From: Sandaracinaceae bacterium
GTDB taxonomy: Bacteria; Myxococcota_A; Polyangia; Polyangiales; Sandaracinaceae
Length of the DNA: 29,090 nucleotides
Direction: 5' to 3'
NCBI GenBank assembly: GCA_044220955.1
Contig: JBGAQA010000086.1
Span: 1-29,090 of the forward strand
The first letter of the stretch is position 1, and each line of letters opens with the position of its first letter. The notes beneath the pieces were generated by a model. It had not been told where the DNA came from. It saw only the letters and a list, made by a program, of their open reading frames with translations, and made no database searches. The translations under genes and the position numbers were made by a program. Of the stretch, positions 9,075 through 17,735 are shown piece by piece.

Positions 9075-9862
9075 ATGCTCGAGGACTTCGGACACAGCGG
9101 GGGTGCGCGCGCCGGGACCTTCGGCGCGTCCCTGGCCGTCGCGCTGCTGGTGTACGGGGCGATCGGCGCCGGCGTCGTCATGGCGAGCGCCATCGTGCGG
9201 CGCGCGATCGTGGAGGACGATCTCGTCCAGCTCGAGCTCGCGCCGCCCCCCGAGCCACCGCCTCCCCCCCCCCGCCTCCTCCTCCGGTCGCGCCGCCGCC
9301 CGTCGAGGCCGCGCCCGCTCGGCTCGGCCGCCAGATGCGGCCCGAGCTGGAGATGCCGACGGAGATCCCGGACGAGGCGCCCGAGGAGAGCGACGAGCCG
9401 CTCCCGCCGCCGCCCGATCCCTTCGCGCCGGAAGAAGAAGGCGATCCGAACGGCGTGGAGGGCGGTGTGCTCGGTGGCGCCGTCGGAGGCGCCGGATCCG
9501 AGGCCGCGGCCGCCCCGCCCGAGCCGGCTCCCGAGCCCGCCGCGCGCCCGAGCGGTCCGGTCCGCGTCCTCGAGGGTACGACGCCGCCGCAGGTCGATCG
9601 CGCCGCGCTCGTTTCCAACTTCGAGATCCCGGCCGAGGTCCGCAGCGCCGGCATCGCGCGCATCACGCTCGTGGTGCGCGTCACGATCGGCGACGACGGC
9701 ACCGTCACGCACGTCGACGTGCTCCGCGGGCACGCGCTGATCCCGGACGAGACGATCGTGCGGGCGGTCGAGCGCACGCACTTCGATCCCGCGCGCATGA
9801 GCGACGGGACTCCCTACGCCGCCATCCACACCCTGCCCATCACGCTGGCCATCACGCTCTGA
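9075..9862 (+). CDS. tonB: Energy transducer TonB, frameshifted at a C10 homopolymer (9264-9273)
   Basis: The frame starting at 9075 gives a TM anchor (LAVALLVYGAIGAGVVMA) and a Pro-rich start. The frame ending at 9862 gives a Pro/Glu-rich linker, GVEGGVLGG and a TonB C-terminal-like domain (LVVRVTIGDDGTVTHVDVLRG...FDPAR). C11 or C8 joins the two frames. The gene sits directly before exbB. Confidence 0.8.
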
Positions 9863-9879
9863 AGAGAGGACGTCCCCCC

Positions 9880-10647
9880 ATGAACATCAACCTGCTCGAG
9901 CTCTGGAGCCAGATGGGCTGGCCCGTCCGCTCCGTCGTCGTCGTGCTCACCCTGCAGGCCGTCGCGAGCCTCGCGGTCGCGCTCGATCGTCTGATCGTGC
10001 TCACGCGGTCGGGCGGCACGGCGCGCGCGTTCGCGGCCAAGGCGGCCCCGCTGATCGAGGCGGGCGATCTCGACGCGCTGCTCGTGGAGTCGAGCCGCGC
10101 GGGCAAGAGCCACCTCGCGGCGCTCCTGCACGCGGGCGTTCGGGTCTTCGTCGAGCGCACGGGCAAGGGCGACGCGAGCGAGCGCGCGGCCGACCTCGCG
10201 CGGCGCGCGATGGAGCGTCGCGGCGAGTCGCTCTCCGACGATCTCAACCGCGGGCTCGGCGTGCTCGCGTCGACCGGCTCGACGGCGCCCTTCGTCGGCC
10301 TGCTCGGCACGGTGCTCGGCATCATCAACGCGTTCCAGATGATCGCGGCGAGCGGCTCGGGCGGCATCGGGACGATCGGCGCGGCCATCGGCGAGGCGCT
10401 CATCGTCACGGGCTACGGCCTCTGCGTCGCCATCCCGACGGTGCTCGCGTTCAACGCGATCACCACGCGCATCCAGCGCTTCGAGATGGGGCTCACCAAC
10501 GCCAGCCAGGAGCTCGCCGACCGCCTCGAGACGATGGACGAGGCCGCGCCCGCGCGGACCGAGAGCGTGGACGCCGCGCGCGGGGAGATCGCGCCCGCGC
10601 CGAGCGGCGACAAGCGCGCGCCGAAGTTCGAGATCGCGCAGGCCTGA
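9880..10647 (+). CDS. exbB: MotA/TolQ/ExbB proton channel protein
   Basis: LASTGSTAPFVGLLGTVLGIINAF and IGEALIVTGYGLCVAIP motifs. GAGAGGA ribosome-binding site upstream of ATG 9880. Confidence 0.93.
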   Translation: MNINLLELWSQMGWPVRSVVVVLTLQAVASLAVALDRLIVLTRSGGTARAFAAKAAPLIEAGDLDALLVESSRAGKSHLAALLHAGVRVFVERTGKGDASERAADLARRAMERRGESLSDDLNRGLGVLASTGSTAPFVGLLGTVLGIINAFQMIAASGSGGIGTIGAAIGEALIVTGYGLCVAIPTVLAFNAITTRIQRFEMGLTNASQELADRLETMDEAAPARTESVDAARGEIAPAPSGDKRAPKFEIAQA

Positions 10648-10677
10648 GCCGGGCGCGGCGCGAGGGAGGCAGCAGCC

Positions 10678-11121
10678 ATGACGACCAAGAAGTTCGGGAG
10701 CAAGCGCGAGCGGCCGAGCCCGGCCATGAACGTCACGCCGCTCGTCGACATCGTCCTCGTGCTGCTCATCATCTTCATGGTCGTGCTCCCGAGCATGGAG
10801 CACGACGCGCCCGTCGATCTGCCCTCCATCTTCAACGTCGACGAGGAGGCGCGCGGCCGGACCGATCCGATCACCCTCTCGATCACCGCCGACCAGCGCC
10901 TCTTCCTCGATCAGGATGCGCTGCCGCGCGAGCAGATCGAGGCGCGCCTGCGCGAGATCCACGAGGCCGAGCCGCTCCGCCGCGTGATCCTGCGCGGCGA
11001 CACCACGCTTCACTACTCGGAGGTGCGCGATCTCTTCCAGCTCTGCCAGCACCTCGGCTTCCCCGGGATCTCGCTGCGCGTCGGCCAGCGCGGCGACACC
11101 GCATCGGGCGAGGAGGGCTGA
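10678..11121 (+). CDS. exbD: ExbD/TolR family protein (copy 1)
   Basis: MNVTPLVDIVLVLLIIFMV with the conserved TM Asp. Periplasmic VILRGD motif. GGAGG upstream. Confidence 0.93.
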   Translation: MTTKKFGSKRERPSPAMNVTPLVDIVLVLLIIFMVVLPSMEHDAPVDLPSIFNVDEEARGRTDPITLSITADQRLFLDQDALPREQIEARLREIHEAEPLRRVILRGDTTLHYSEVRDLFQLCQHLGFPGISLRVGQRGDTASGEEG

Positions 11122-11124
11122 GCC

Positions 11125-11571
11125 ATGGCCTTCGAGACCGGGGGTGGCGGGCGCGGCGGCAAGAAGAAGCGCGCGACGCCGAGCATGAACGTGACGCCGC
11201 TCGTCGACGTCGTCCTGGTGCTGCTGATCATCTTCATGGTGATCACGCCGATGCTCGCCAAGCAGTTCTGGGTGCACGTGCCCGAGGAGCCCGAGGCCGA
11301 CGCGCAGCCGGCGCCGCCGCGGGGCGACGCCCCGCCCGTGATCACCGTCGACGCCGAGGGCAGGGTCCGCATCAACCACGAGGTGGTGCCGGTCGCCGGG
11401 CTCGAGGAGCGCATCACGCGGATCCTGGCGGCGCGCACCGACCGCACCGTGTTCTTCGACGCCGTGAGCGACGCCCCCTACGGCCGCGCGGTCGAGGTGC
11501 TCGACGCCGCGCGCGGCGGGGGCGCCACCACCATCGCCGTGGCCACCGAGCCGCTCGCCGACGCCCGCTAG
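11125..11571 (+). CDS. exbD: ExbD/TolR family protein (copy 2)
   Basis: MNVTPLVDVVLVLLIIFMV with the conserved TM Asp, and APYGRAVEVLDAARGGG. Starts 3 nt after copy 1. Confidence 0.93.
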   Translation: MAFETGGGGRGGKKKRATPSMNVTPLVDVVLVLLIIFMVITPMLAKQFWVHVPEEPEADAQPAPPRGDAPPVITVDAEGRVRINHEVVPVAGLEERITRILAARTDRTVFFDAVSDAPYGRAVEVLDAARGGGATTIAVATEPLADAR

Positions 11572-11601
11572 CGCCTTCGCCCAGCTCCCGAGGAACGACC
11601 G

Positions 11602-14442
11602 ATGCGTGATCCGATGACGACGCGATGGGGGATGTGTGCTCTCGCTTGTGTGACATCGCTCTGTGTCGGCGGATCCGTCGCGCGCGCGCAGGAGCCGGCC
11701 GCGGGGGCGGAGGTCGACGAGCAGGCCGAGCTCGAGGCTGCGCTCGCCGAGGACGCGCCGCACTGCTCGGGCACCGGGGTCGAGGGCGTGGTCCGCGACG
11801 CGCAGACGCAGGAGACGATGATCGAAGCGCCGGTCGTCGTCGTCGGCACCGGGCATCGCACGATCACCGACTACGACGGTCGCTACGCGTTCGATCTGCC
11901 GCCCGGCACCTACGTGCTGCGCTCGTACTACGACCTCTACGAGCCCGCGCGCGTCGAGGACGTCGTCGTGCGCCGCGGCGAGTGCACCACGATCGACATC
12001 GAGCTCGGCGTGAGCGGCGCCGTCGGCGAGGAGGTCGTCATCGAGGTGCGCGCCGAGTCGGGCAGCTCCGCCTCGCAGCTGCGCCTCCGCCGCGAGGCGC
12101 CCGCGACGCAGGACGCCGTGAGCAGCGAGGAGATGGCGCGCGCGCCCGACTCGAGCGCGAGCGACGCGGCGCGCCGCGTGGTGGGCGTGTCGGTGCGGGA
12201 CGACTACCTCTTCGTGCGTGGCCTCGGCGGACGCTACGTCGTCACCACGATGAACGGCGTGCTCCTGCCCAGCACGGACCCCGACGTGCCCGGCGTGCAG
12301 CTCGACGCGTTCCCCACCGGGATCCTCGAGAGCCTCACCATCCGCAAGACCTTCACGCCCGAGGTCCAGGGCGACTGGGCCGGGGGCTTGATGGACATCA
12401 CGACGCAGGACTTCCCGTCGCGCTTCCAGGTGCGCGCGGGGATCACGCTCGGCGTCAACACGCTGACCTCGTTTCAGCAGTTCATCGCCGGACCGAGCGG
12501 CGGCCTCGACTGGCTCGGCTTCGACGACGGCTCGCGCTCGCTCCCCTCGGCCGTGCCGGCGACCTCGAGCATCGACGATCAGCCCGCCGCGTCCCGCGAC
12601 GCGATCTCACGCGCCTTCCGGAACGACTGGGCGCTCGGCCGCCACGACGCACTGCCGAACATGGGCCTGACCCTCAGCCTCGGCGACACGCTCGACGTCG
12701 GCGGCCACCTCCTCGGATACCGCCTGATGATCGGCTACCGCCGGCAGGAGCGGCCCATCCCCGATCTGATCCGCGCGCTGCGCGTCGAGGACGACGGCAT
12801 GGGCGGGCGCACGGTCTCGACGCGCGAGACGCTGCAGCAGGGTGGCGAGCAGATCTCCACGCAGCTGAGCGCGCTCGGCACGCTCACGTACGAGCTCGCG
12901 ACGGGCCACCGCCTCACGTTCAACGGCCTCTTCAGCCAGAACGGCGACGCCTACGTCGGCCGCGTGACGGGTCGCAGCGAGACGGTCGGCCTCGACATCG
13001 ACGCGTACCGCAGCAGCTGGACGCAACGGACGCTGCTCTTCGGACAGCTGCTCGGCGAGCACCACGACGTCCTCGGCCGCGCGACCTTCGACTGGCAGCT
13101 GAACCTCAGCCACGGCGATCGCGAGCAGCCGGACATGCACGACCTCTCGTACGTGATCCAGCCGACGGGCCAGCCGCGCTTCTCCGCGGGCCCGACGAGC
13201 GGCGCGCGCTTCTGGTCGCGGCTCGACGACCTCACGGTCGGCGGCGGCGGCAACCTCACGATCCCCCTCGACCAGGTGACCGTCCGCGTGGGCGGCCTGG
13301 TCCGCTACACCGAGCGCGGCTTCGACGTACGGCGCGTCGGCTGGTCGTCACGTCCGGGCGCCGGTGCGGAGGGGCCCTTGCTCCCGCCCGATCAGCTCTT
13401 CGCGCCGGGCAACCTCGACACGTACCTGCGCATCCGGGACTACACGCGCCCCGACGACAGCTACGACGGGCAGCAGCACGCCTTCGCGGCGTACGCGATG
13501 CTCGACTGGCGCCCCAGCCGCGAGCTGCGCTTCGTGGGCGGGGCACGCCTCGAGGCCTTCCGGCAGATCGTCGTGTCGGCGGATCCTCTCGGCGCCGTTC
13601 CGTCCGACACGCCGCCGCCCTCGACGCACCGCACCGACATCGACCCGATGCCCTCGATCGGCGCGGTGGTGGAGCTCGTCCCCGACATGTTCGTCCGCGC
13701 GGGCTACGCGGGCACGGTCGCGCGCCCGCAGCTGCGCGAGCTCGCGCCCTTCCTCTTCAACGACTTCGTCCGCCGCCGCTCGGTCTCCGGCAACCCCGAT
13801 CTGCACCGCACGTACATCCACAACTTCGACGTGCGCTGGGAGTGGTTCCCGTCCGCGTCCGAGGTGCTCGCCGTCTCCGGCTTCGTGAAGCTCTTCGAGT
13901 CTCCCATCGAGTCGACGCTCATCGACGACGACGGGGACGTGACCTTCAGGAACGTCGATGCCGCCGAGAACTACGGCCTCGAGCTCGAGGCGAGGTTTCA
14001 CCTCGGTCACCTCGTCCCCGAGCTGGACTGGATCTCGGTGGGCGGCAACTTCGCGCTCGTCTACTCGCAGGCGCACCTGTCGGCGCTCCAGCGCTCGGTC
14101 GCGACCAGCGCGCAGCGGCCGCTCGCGGGTCAGGCGCCCTACGCCATCAACGTGTCACTCGGCTTTGCCCCACCTGGAACCAACGTGTCGTGGTTCGCCT
14201 ACTACAACGTCTTCGGTCCGCGACTCGAGGACGTCGGTCAGAACGGCCTCCCGGACATCTACCGTCAACCCTTTCACTCGGTCGACCTCGCGCTCGCGTG
14301 GTCACCCGTACCGGAGCTGAGCCTGCGCCTGACCGCGCAGAACGTCTTGTTCCAGCGCCAGGAGCTCCAGCAGGCCGACATCGTCGTGCTCGGGCTCAAC
14401 CCGGGCACCGTGTTCTCGCTGGGCGTGAGTCTGTCCAACTGA
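11602..14442 (+). CDS. TonB-dependent outer-membrane transporter with N-terminal carboxypeptidase-regulatory-like domain
   Basis: Signal peptide ending in ARA. N-terminal domain motif TDYDGRYAFDLPPGTY. Plug motifs DSSASDAARRVVGVS, VRGLGGRY, LDAFP, KTFTP. Barrel motifs RPQLRELAPF, GNPDL, GLELE. Confidence 0.93.
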   Translation: MRDPMTTRWGMCALACVTSLCVGGSVARAQEPAAGAEVDEQAELEAALAEDAPHCSGTGVEGVVRDAQTQETMIEAPVVVVGTGHRTITDYDGRYAFDLPPGTYVLRSYYDLYEPARVEDVVVRRGECTTIDIELGVSGAVGEEVVIEVRAESGSSASQLRLRREAPATQDAVSSEEMARAPDSSASDAARRVVGVSVRDDYLFVRGLGGRYVVTTMNGVLLPSTDPDVPGVQLDAFPTGILESLTIRKTFTPEVQGDWAGGLMDITTQDFPSRFQVRAGITLGVNTLTSFQQFIAGPSGGLDWLGFDDGSRSLPSAVPATSSIDDQPAASRDAISRAFRNDWALGRHDALPNMGLTLSLGDTLDVGGHLLGYRLMIGYRRQERPIPDLIRALRVEDDGMGGRTVSTRETLQQGGEQISTQLSALGTLTYELATGHRLTFNGLFSQNGDAYVGRVTGRSETVGLDIDAYRSSWTQRTLLFGQLLGEHHDVLGRATFDWQLNLSHGDREQPDMHDLSYVIQPTGQPRFSAGPTSGARFWSRLDDLTVGGGGNLTIPLDQVTVRVGGLVRYTERGFDVRRVGWSSRPGAGAEGPLLPPDQLFAPGNLDTYLRIRDYTRPDDSYDGQQHAFAAYAMLDWRPSRELRFVGGARLEAFRQIVVSADPLGAVPSDTPPPSTHRTDIDPMPSIGAVVELVPDMFVRAGYAGTVARPQLRELAPFLFNDFVRRRSVSGNPDLHRTYIHNFDVRWEWFPSASEVLAVSGFVKLFESPIESTLIDDDGDVTFRNVDAAENYGLELEARFHLGHLVPELDWISVGGNFALVYSQAHLSALQRSVATSAQRPLAGQAPYAINVSLGFAPPGTNVSWFAYYNVFGPRLEDVGQNGLPDIYRQPFHSVDLALAWSPVPELSLRLTAQNVLFQRQELQQADIVVLGLNPGTVFSLGVSLSN

Positions 14443-14459
14443 ATCCAACGAGGTTCGTC

Positions 14460-15962
14460 ATGAACAAGAGTCTCTTCGTCCATGGTTTGCTCGCCTGCGC
14501 CGCGGCGCTCGCGGGATGCAGCACCAACAACGGCACGGGCAACCCCGACACCGGCTTCACGCCGAGGCCCGACGCGGGCACCGACGCCTTCGTCGCGCCG
14601 GGAGACGACGCGGGCACCGACGCCTTCGTCCTGCCGCAGCCCGACACGGGCGTGGACGCGGGCCCGAGGCCGGACGCCGGGAGCGACGCAGGCCCGACGC
14701 GGCCGGCGTACTGCCCGCCCACGCCGGACTTCGGCGCCGCGCCGAGCTGCCCGGCGCCGGCCTCGCGCACGGAGGTGGTGGTCACCGGGGATCAGACGGG
14801 GGACCAGACCTGGGACTGCGCGCACACCTATCACCTCACGGGCGGTGTGTTCTGGCTCGGCGGGACGCTCACCATCGCCGCGGGCACCCACGTCGTCGGT
14901 GACAACGGCTCGTACCTCGTCATGACCCGTGGCACCACGCTGAACGCCGTGTCCCACCCGTCGGCGCCGATCGTGTTCACGTCCTCGGAGCCCCCGGGGA
15001 GCCGCGATCGCGGCGACTGGGGCGGAGTCGTGCTGCTCGGCGACGCGCCGATCAACGTCGCCGGCGGCCAGAACAACATCGAGGGCATCCCCGCGACCGA
15101 CGCCCGCGGCTCCTACGGCGGGACGAACGCGACCGGCAGCTGCGGACACCTGCGCTTCGTGCGCATCGAGTTCGCCGGCTTCCTGCTCGGCACGGACAAC
15201 GAGCTCAACGGTCTCACGCTCGGAGGCTGCGGCAGCGGCACGCTGATCGAGTACGTGCAGAGCCACCGCGGCCGCGACGACGCGTTCGAGACCTTCGGCG
15301 GCGCGCCGAACTTCCACCACCTCGTCTCGTCGGGCTACGACGACGACGGCTTCGACTGGGATCAGGGCTACTCGGGCAACGCGCAGTACCTCGTGCTCCA
15401 CCACTACGCCGACTCGGTGAGCGCGGACCCCAACGGCTTCGAGGGCGACAACAACCGGACCGACAACGGCCTGACGCCGCGCTCGAGCCCCACGATCTAC
15501 AACGCGACGATCATCGGCAACCACGACGCCGCGGTCACGACCGACATCGGCATGGTGCTACGGCGCGGCACGTTCGGATCGATCCACGACACGATCGTCA
15601 CGGGCTGGGGCCGCTTCGGGCTCGACGCGCGCGACGCGATGACGACCGGCGCCGCGGGTACGACGCTGGCGGTCGACCACTCGATCTTCTTCGGCAACAC
15701 GCTCGACTTCGAGGCGGGCTCGCCCGAGGAGACCGCGTTCATGGCGGCCGCCGCGATGAACCGCTTCGCCGACCCGATGATCGCGAGCCCCTTCGCCACC
15801 GACGACACGGTGGACTACACGCTGCCCGAGACGTCGATCGCGGCGAGCGGTGCGGTCGCGCCACCGAGCGGCGGCTTCTTCGGTCCCGGTGAGTTCGTCG
15901 GCGCCATCGGGCCGGGCTGCCCGGACTGGACCGAGGGCTGGACGGCGTACCCGCTCGACTGA
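14460..15962 (+). CDS. Surface lipoprotein with predicted beta-helix, TBDT-associated (ElpS-like family)
   Basis: Lipobox LAGC in MNKSLFVHGLLACAAALAGC. Family motifs PIVFTS, RGDWGGVVLLGDAP, YGG, LRFVRIEFAG, NELNGLTLGGCGSGT, DDAFETFGG, DDDGFDWDQGYSG, GFEGDN, and terminal WTEGWT. The upstream part of the 1445-aa track ORF is a shadow of the TBDT. Confidence 0.85.
   Translation: MNKSLFVHGLLACAAALAGCSTNNGTGNPDTGFTPRPDAGTDAFVAPGDDAGTDAFVLPQPDTGVDAGPRPDAGSDAGPTRPAYCPPTPDFGAAPSCPAPASRTEVVVTGDQTGDQTWDCAHTYHLTGGVFWLGGTLTIAAGTHVVGDNGSYLVMTRGTTLNAVSHPSAPIVFTSSEPPGSRDRGDWGGVVLLGDAPINVAGGQNNIEGIPATDARGSYGGTNATGSCGHLRFVRIEFAGFLLGTDNELNGLTLGGCGSGTLIEYVQSHRGRDDAFETFGGAPNFHHLVSSGYDDDGFDWDQGYSGNAQYLVLHHYADSVSADPNGFEGDNNRTDNGLTPRSSPTIYNATIIGNHDAAVTTDIGMVLRRGTFGSIHDTIVTGWGRFGLDARDAMTTGAAGTTLAVDHSIFFGNTLDFEAGSPEETAFMAAAAMNRFADPMIASPFATDDTVDYTLPETSIAASGAVAPPSGGFFGPGEFVGAIGPGCPDWTEGWTAYPLD
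14570..14630 (+). repeat. 25-bp perfect direct repeat in the lipoprotein linker
   Basis: CGACGCGGGCACCGACGCCTTCGTC at 14570-14594 and 14606-14630 (period 36), encoding DAGTDAFV twice. Confidence 0.9.
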
Positions 15963-15979
15963 AGCCGACCGGGCTCGAC

Positions 15980-17668
15980 TCAGGGGGTGCCGCCGTGCAC
16001 CGGCGTGATCATCTGACGGCGGTACTCCTCGAAGTCGAATAGATCGCTGTGCTCGGGCGTGTGGCAGCGCGTGCAGGTCGCCTCCGTCACCTGGCGGTGC
16101 ACGTTCCCGACGGGCGCGTGTTGATCCCGGAGGTGGATGCTGCCCGGCCCGTGGCAGCTCTCGCAGCCCACGCTCTGGAGCGCCTCGACGTGCGCGACGG
16201 TCGAGCCGCCCGGCTCCTCGTAGCCAGTGACGTGGCATCCCACGCAGTCGAGGTTGTACTCGCTGTGCCGCTCGCGCAGCGTTCGGTAGGCGTGTCCGTG
16301 CGCGGTCCCGTTCCACCAGAGGGCCTCTTCGGTGTGGCAGACCCCGCAGAGCGTCGTTCCCTCGTACCCGGGCTGCCCGGGCGCCGCCGGCTCGGCGAAG
16401 TGGGACTCGAACGCCTCGCGGTTGTGCAGGTTCACGCGGCGCGCGAAGTCGTCCAGGCGCGCGCGGACCGCCGCGTCGCGCGCCGCGTCCTCGGGGAGCT
16501 CGACGTACGTCAGGGACAGGTGGGGGCCGCTGACGTCCGGCGCCGCGACCACCCGCGCGATCTCGCGATCGAGCTCCTCGAGGCGCGCGCGCGCATCGGC
16601 GTGATCGGCACCGGCCGCCTCGCCCTCGGCATCGAGCCGCGCGCGCAGGTCCGCGGCCTGCCGGAGCAGCCGGTCTCGATCGGCCGTGCGCGTCCAGCTC
16701 GACACGTCGCGCGGGCGCGCGCGAGGCGCATCGGGGGCCGGCAGATCGAAGAGGTCGACGATCAAGAGCCCCTGCCCGTGGCGGCCCACGCTGAGCACGG
16801 GCGCTCCCTCGCTCTCCCCGGGCGGGCGCACGTCGGCCTCGTCGCGCCCGCCCTCGATGACGAGATCGACCTGGTCGGAGGCGGCGATGCGATGCGCGGT
16901 GCGACGGTCGGCGCTCGTGAGCACGACGACGAAGCTCGCCCCCTCGGCGCGCGCCGCGCGAGCCTCCGCGTCCGCCGCCGCGACCAGATCGGCCGGGCCG
17001 TGGACCGCGGGGCCGCTCATCGCGGTGACGCCGACCAGACCGATTCGCCGGGCTCCGGCGCTCGCCACCCGGTGGCCGGCGAGCGGCGCGGGCGGAGCAG
17101 GGGGCGCGGGCGGCGCTGCGTCGGGCGCGGTCGCGCCTGCGGCGGCGCTCGCTGCCGCGTCGGTGGCGTCGAACGTCACGCCGGCGCCGAGCATGGGAAA
17201 GCGCGCGCGCTCGCGGAGCGCGAGCAGGCGCGCGGGCCCGCGCTCGACGTCGCGCGGACCCGGCACGCCGGCCGCGAGGTCGAAGTCGGAGAGCAGATCG
17301 GCCAGCAGCTCCGTGCGCCACTGATCCTGGGTCTCGGCGCCCGGGAGCTCCGAGGGCTCGGTGGCGCCGGCGAAGAGCTCACCGGCGGCGAGGAAGAGCG
17401 CGTCGGGGTGATCCGCGCGCGCGGCCGCGAGGGCCGCCGCGAGGCGGTCGATGCCGCCGAGCGGCCGGCTCGTGCAGCCACAGGGCTGAAGCGCCCCCCG
17501 CAGGTCGGTGATCACCAGCAGCCGAAGGTCCGGCGTCCCCAGCTCGGCGGGGATCACCTCCGGCACGGCGGAGGCAGCGGGCGCGGCGGGCGAGCCGCCC
17601 GAGCAAGCGATGCTCGCGACCGCGAGGCCCAGCAGCGTCGCGTATCGGGCACGATCGGGAGCGCGCAT
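15980..17668 (-). CDS. Tetraheme c-type cytochrome lipoprotein fused to a degenerate 5'-nucleotidase (UshA)-like N-terminal domain with CGC motif
   Basis: Start MRAPDRARYATLLGLAVASIAC (lipobox-like SIAC); alternative start at 17686. N-terminal domain ITDLRGALQPCGC...GGIDR...AAGELF. Four CxxCH motifs: CGVCH, CVGCH, CESCHGPGS, CTRCH. Confidence 0.88.
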   Translation of the reverse strand: MRAPDRARYATLLGLAVASIACSGGSPAAPAASAVPEVIPAELGTPDLRLLVITDLRGALQPCGCTSRPLGGIDRLAAALAAARADHPDALFLAAGELFAGATEPSELPGAETQDQWRTELLADLLSDFDLAAGVPGPRDVERGPARLLALRERARFPMLGAGVTFDATDAAASAAAGATAPDAAPPAPPAPPAPLAGHRVASAGARRIGLVGVTAMSGPAVHGPADLVAAADAEARAARAEGASFVVVLTSADRRTAHRIAASDQVDLVIEGGRDEADVRPPGESEGAPVLSVGRHGQGLLIVDLFDLPAPDAPRARPRDVSSWTRTADRDRLLRQAADLRARLDAEGEAAGADHADARARLEELDREIARVVAAPDVSGPHLSLTYVELPEDAARDAAVRARLDDFARRVNLHNREAFESHFAEPAAPGQPGYEGTTLCGVCHTEEALWWNGTAHGHAYRTLRERHSEYNLDCVGCHVTGYEEPGGSTVAHVEALQSVGCESCHGPGSIHLRDQHAPVGNVHRQVTEATCTRCHTPEHSDLFDFEEYRRQMITPVHGGTP

Positions 17669-17735
17669 GCGCCAGGCTTGCAACATCCTCGGCCAGCGGT
17701 CGAGGCAGCAGGTAGTCTCCGCGACGGAGGCGACG

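Noticed and set aside
9880..11571. AglRQS gliding motor or TolQR cell-division motor
   Set aside because: The genes are flanked by tonB and a TonB-dependent transporter, with no tolB/pal or glt genes, so ExbBD for transport is the simpler call.
11625..15962. 1445-aa ORF as a single giant protein or overlapping gene
   Set aside because: The first 945 codons are an off-frame shadow of the TBDT. The real protein starts at ATG 14460 with a lipoprotein signal.
17474..17482. Selenocysteine recoding in the UshA-like domain
   Set aside because: Both codons are Cys (TGT and TGC), and there is no in-frame TGA.
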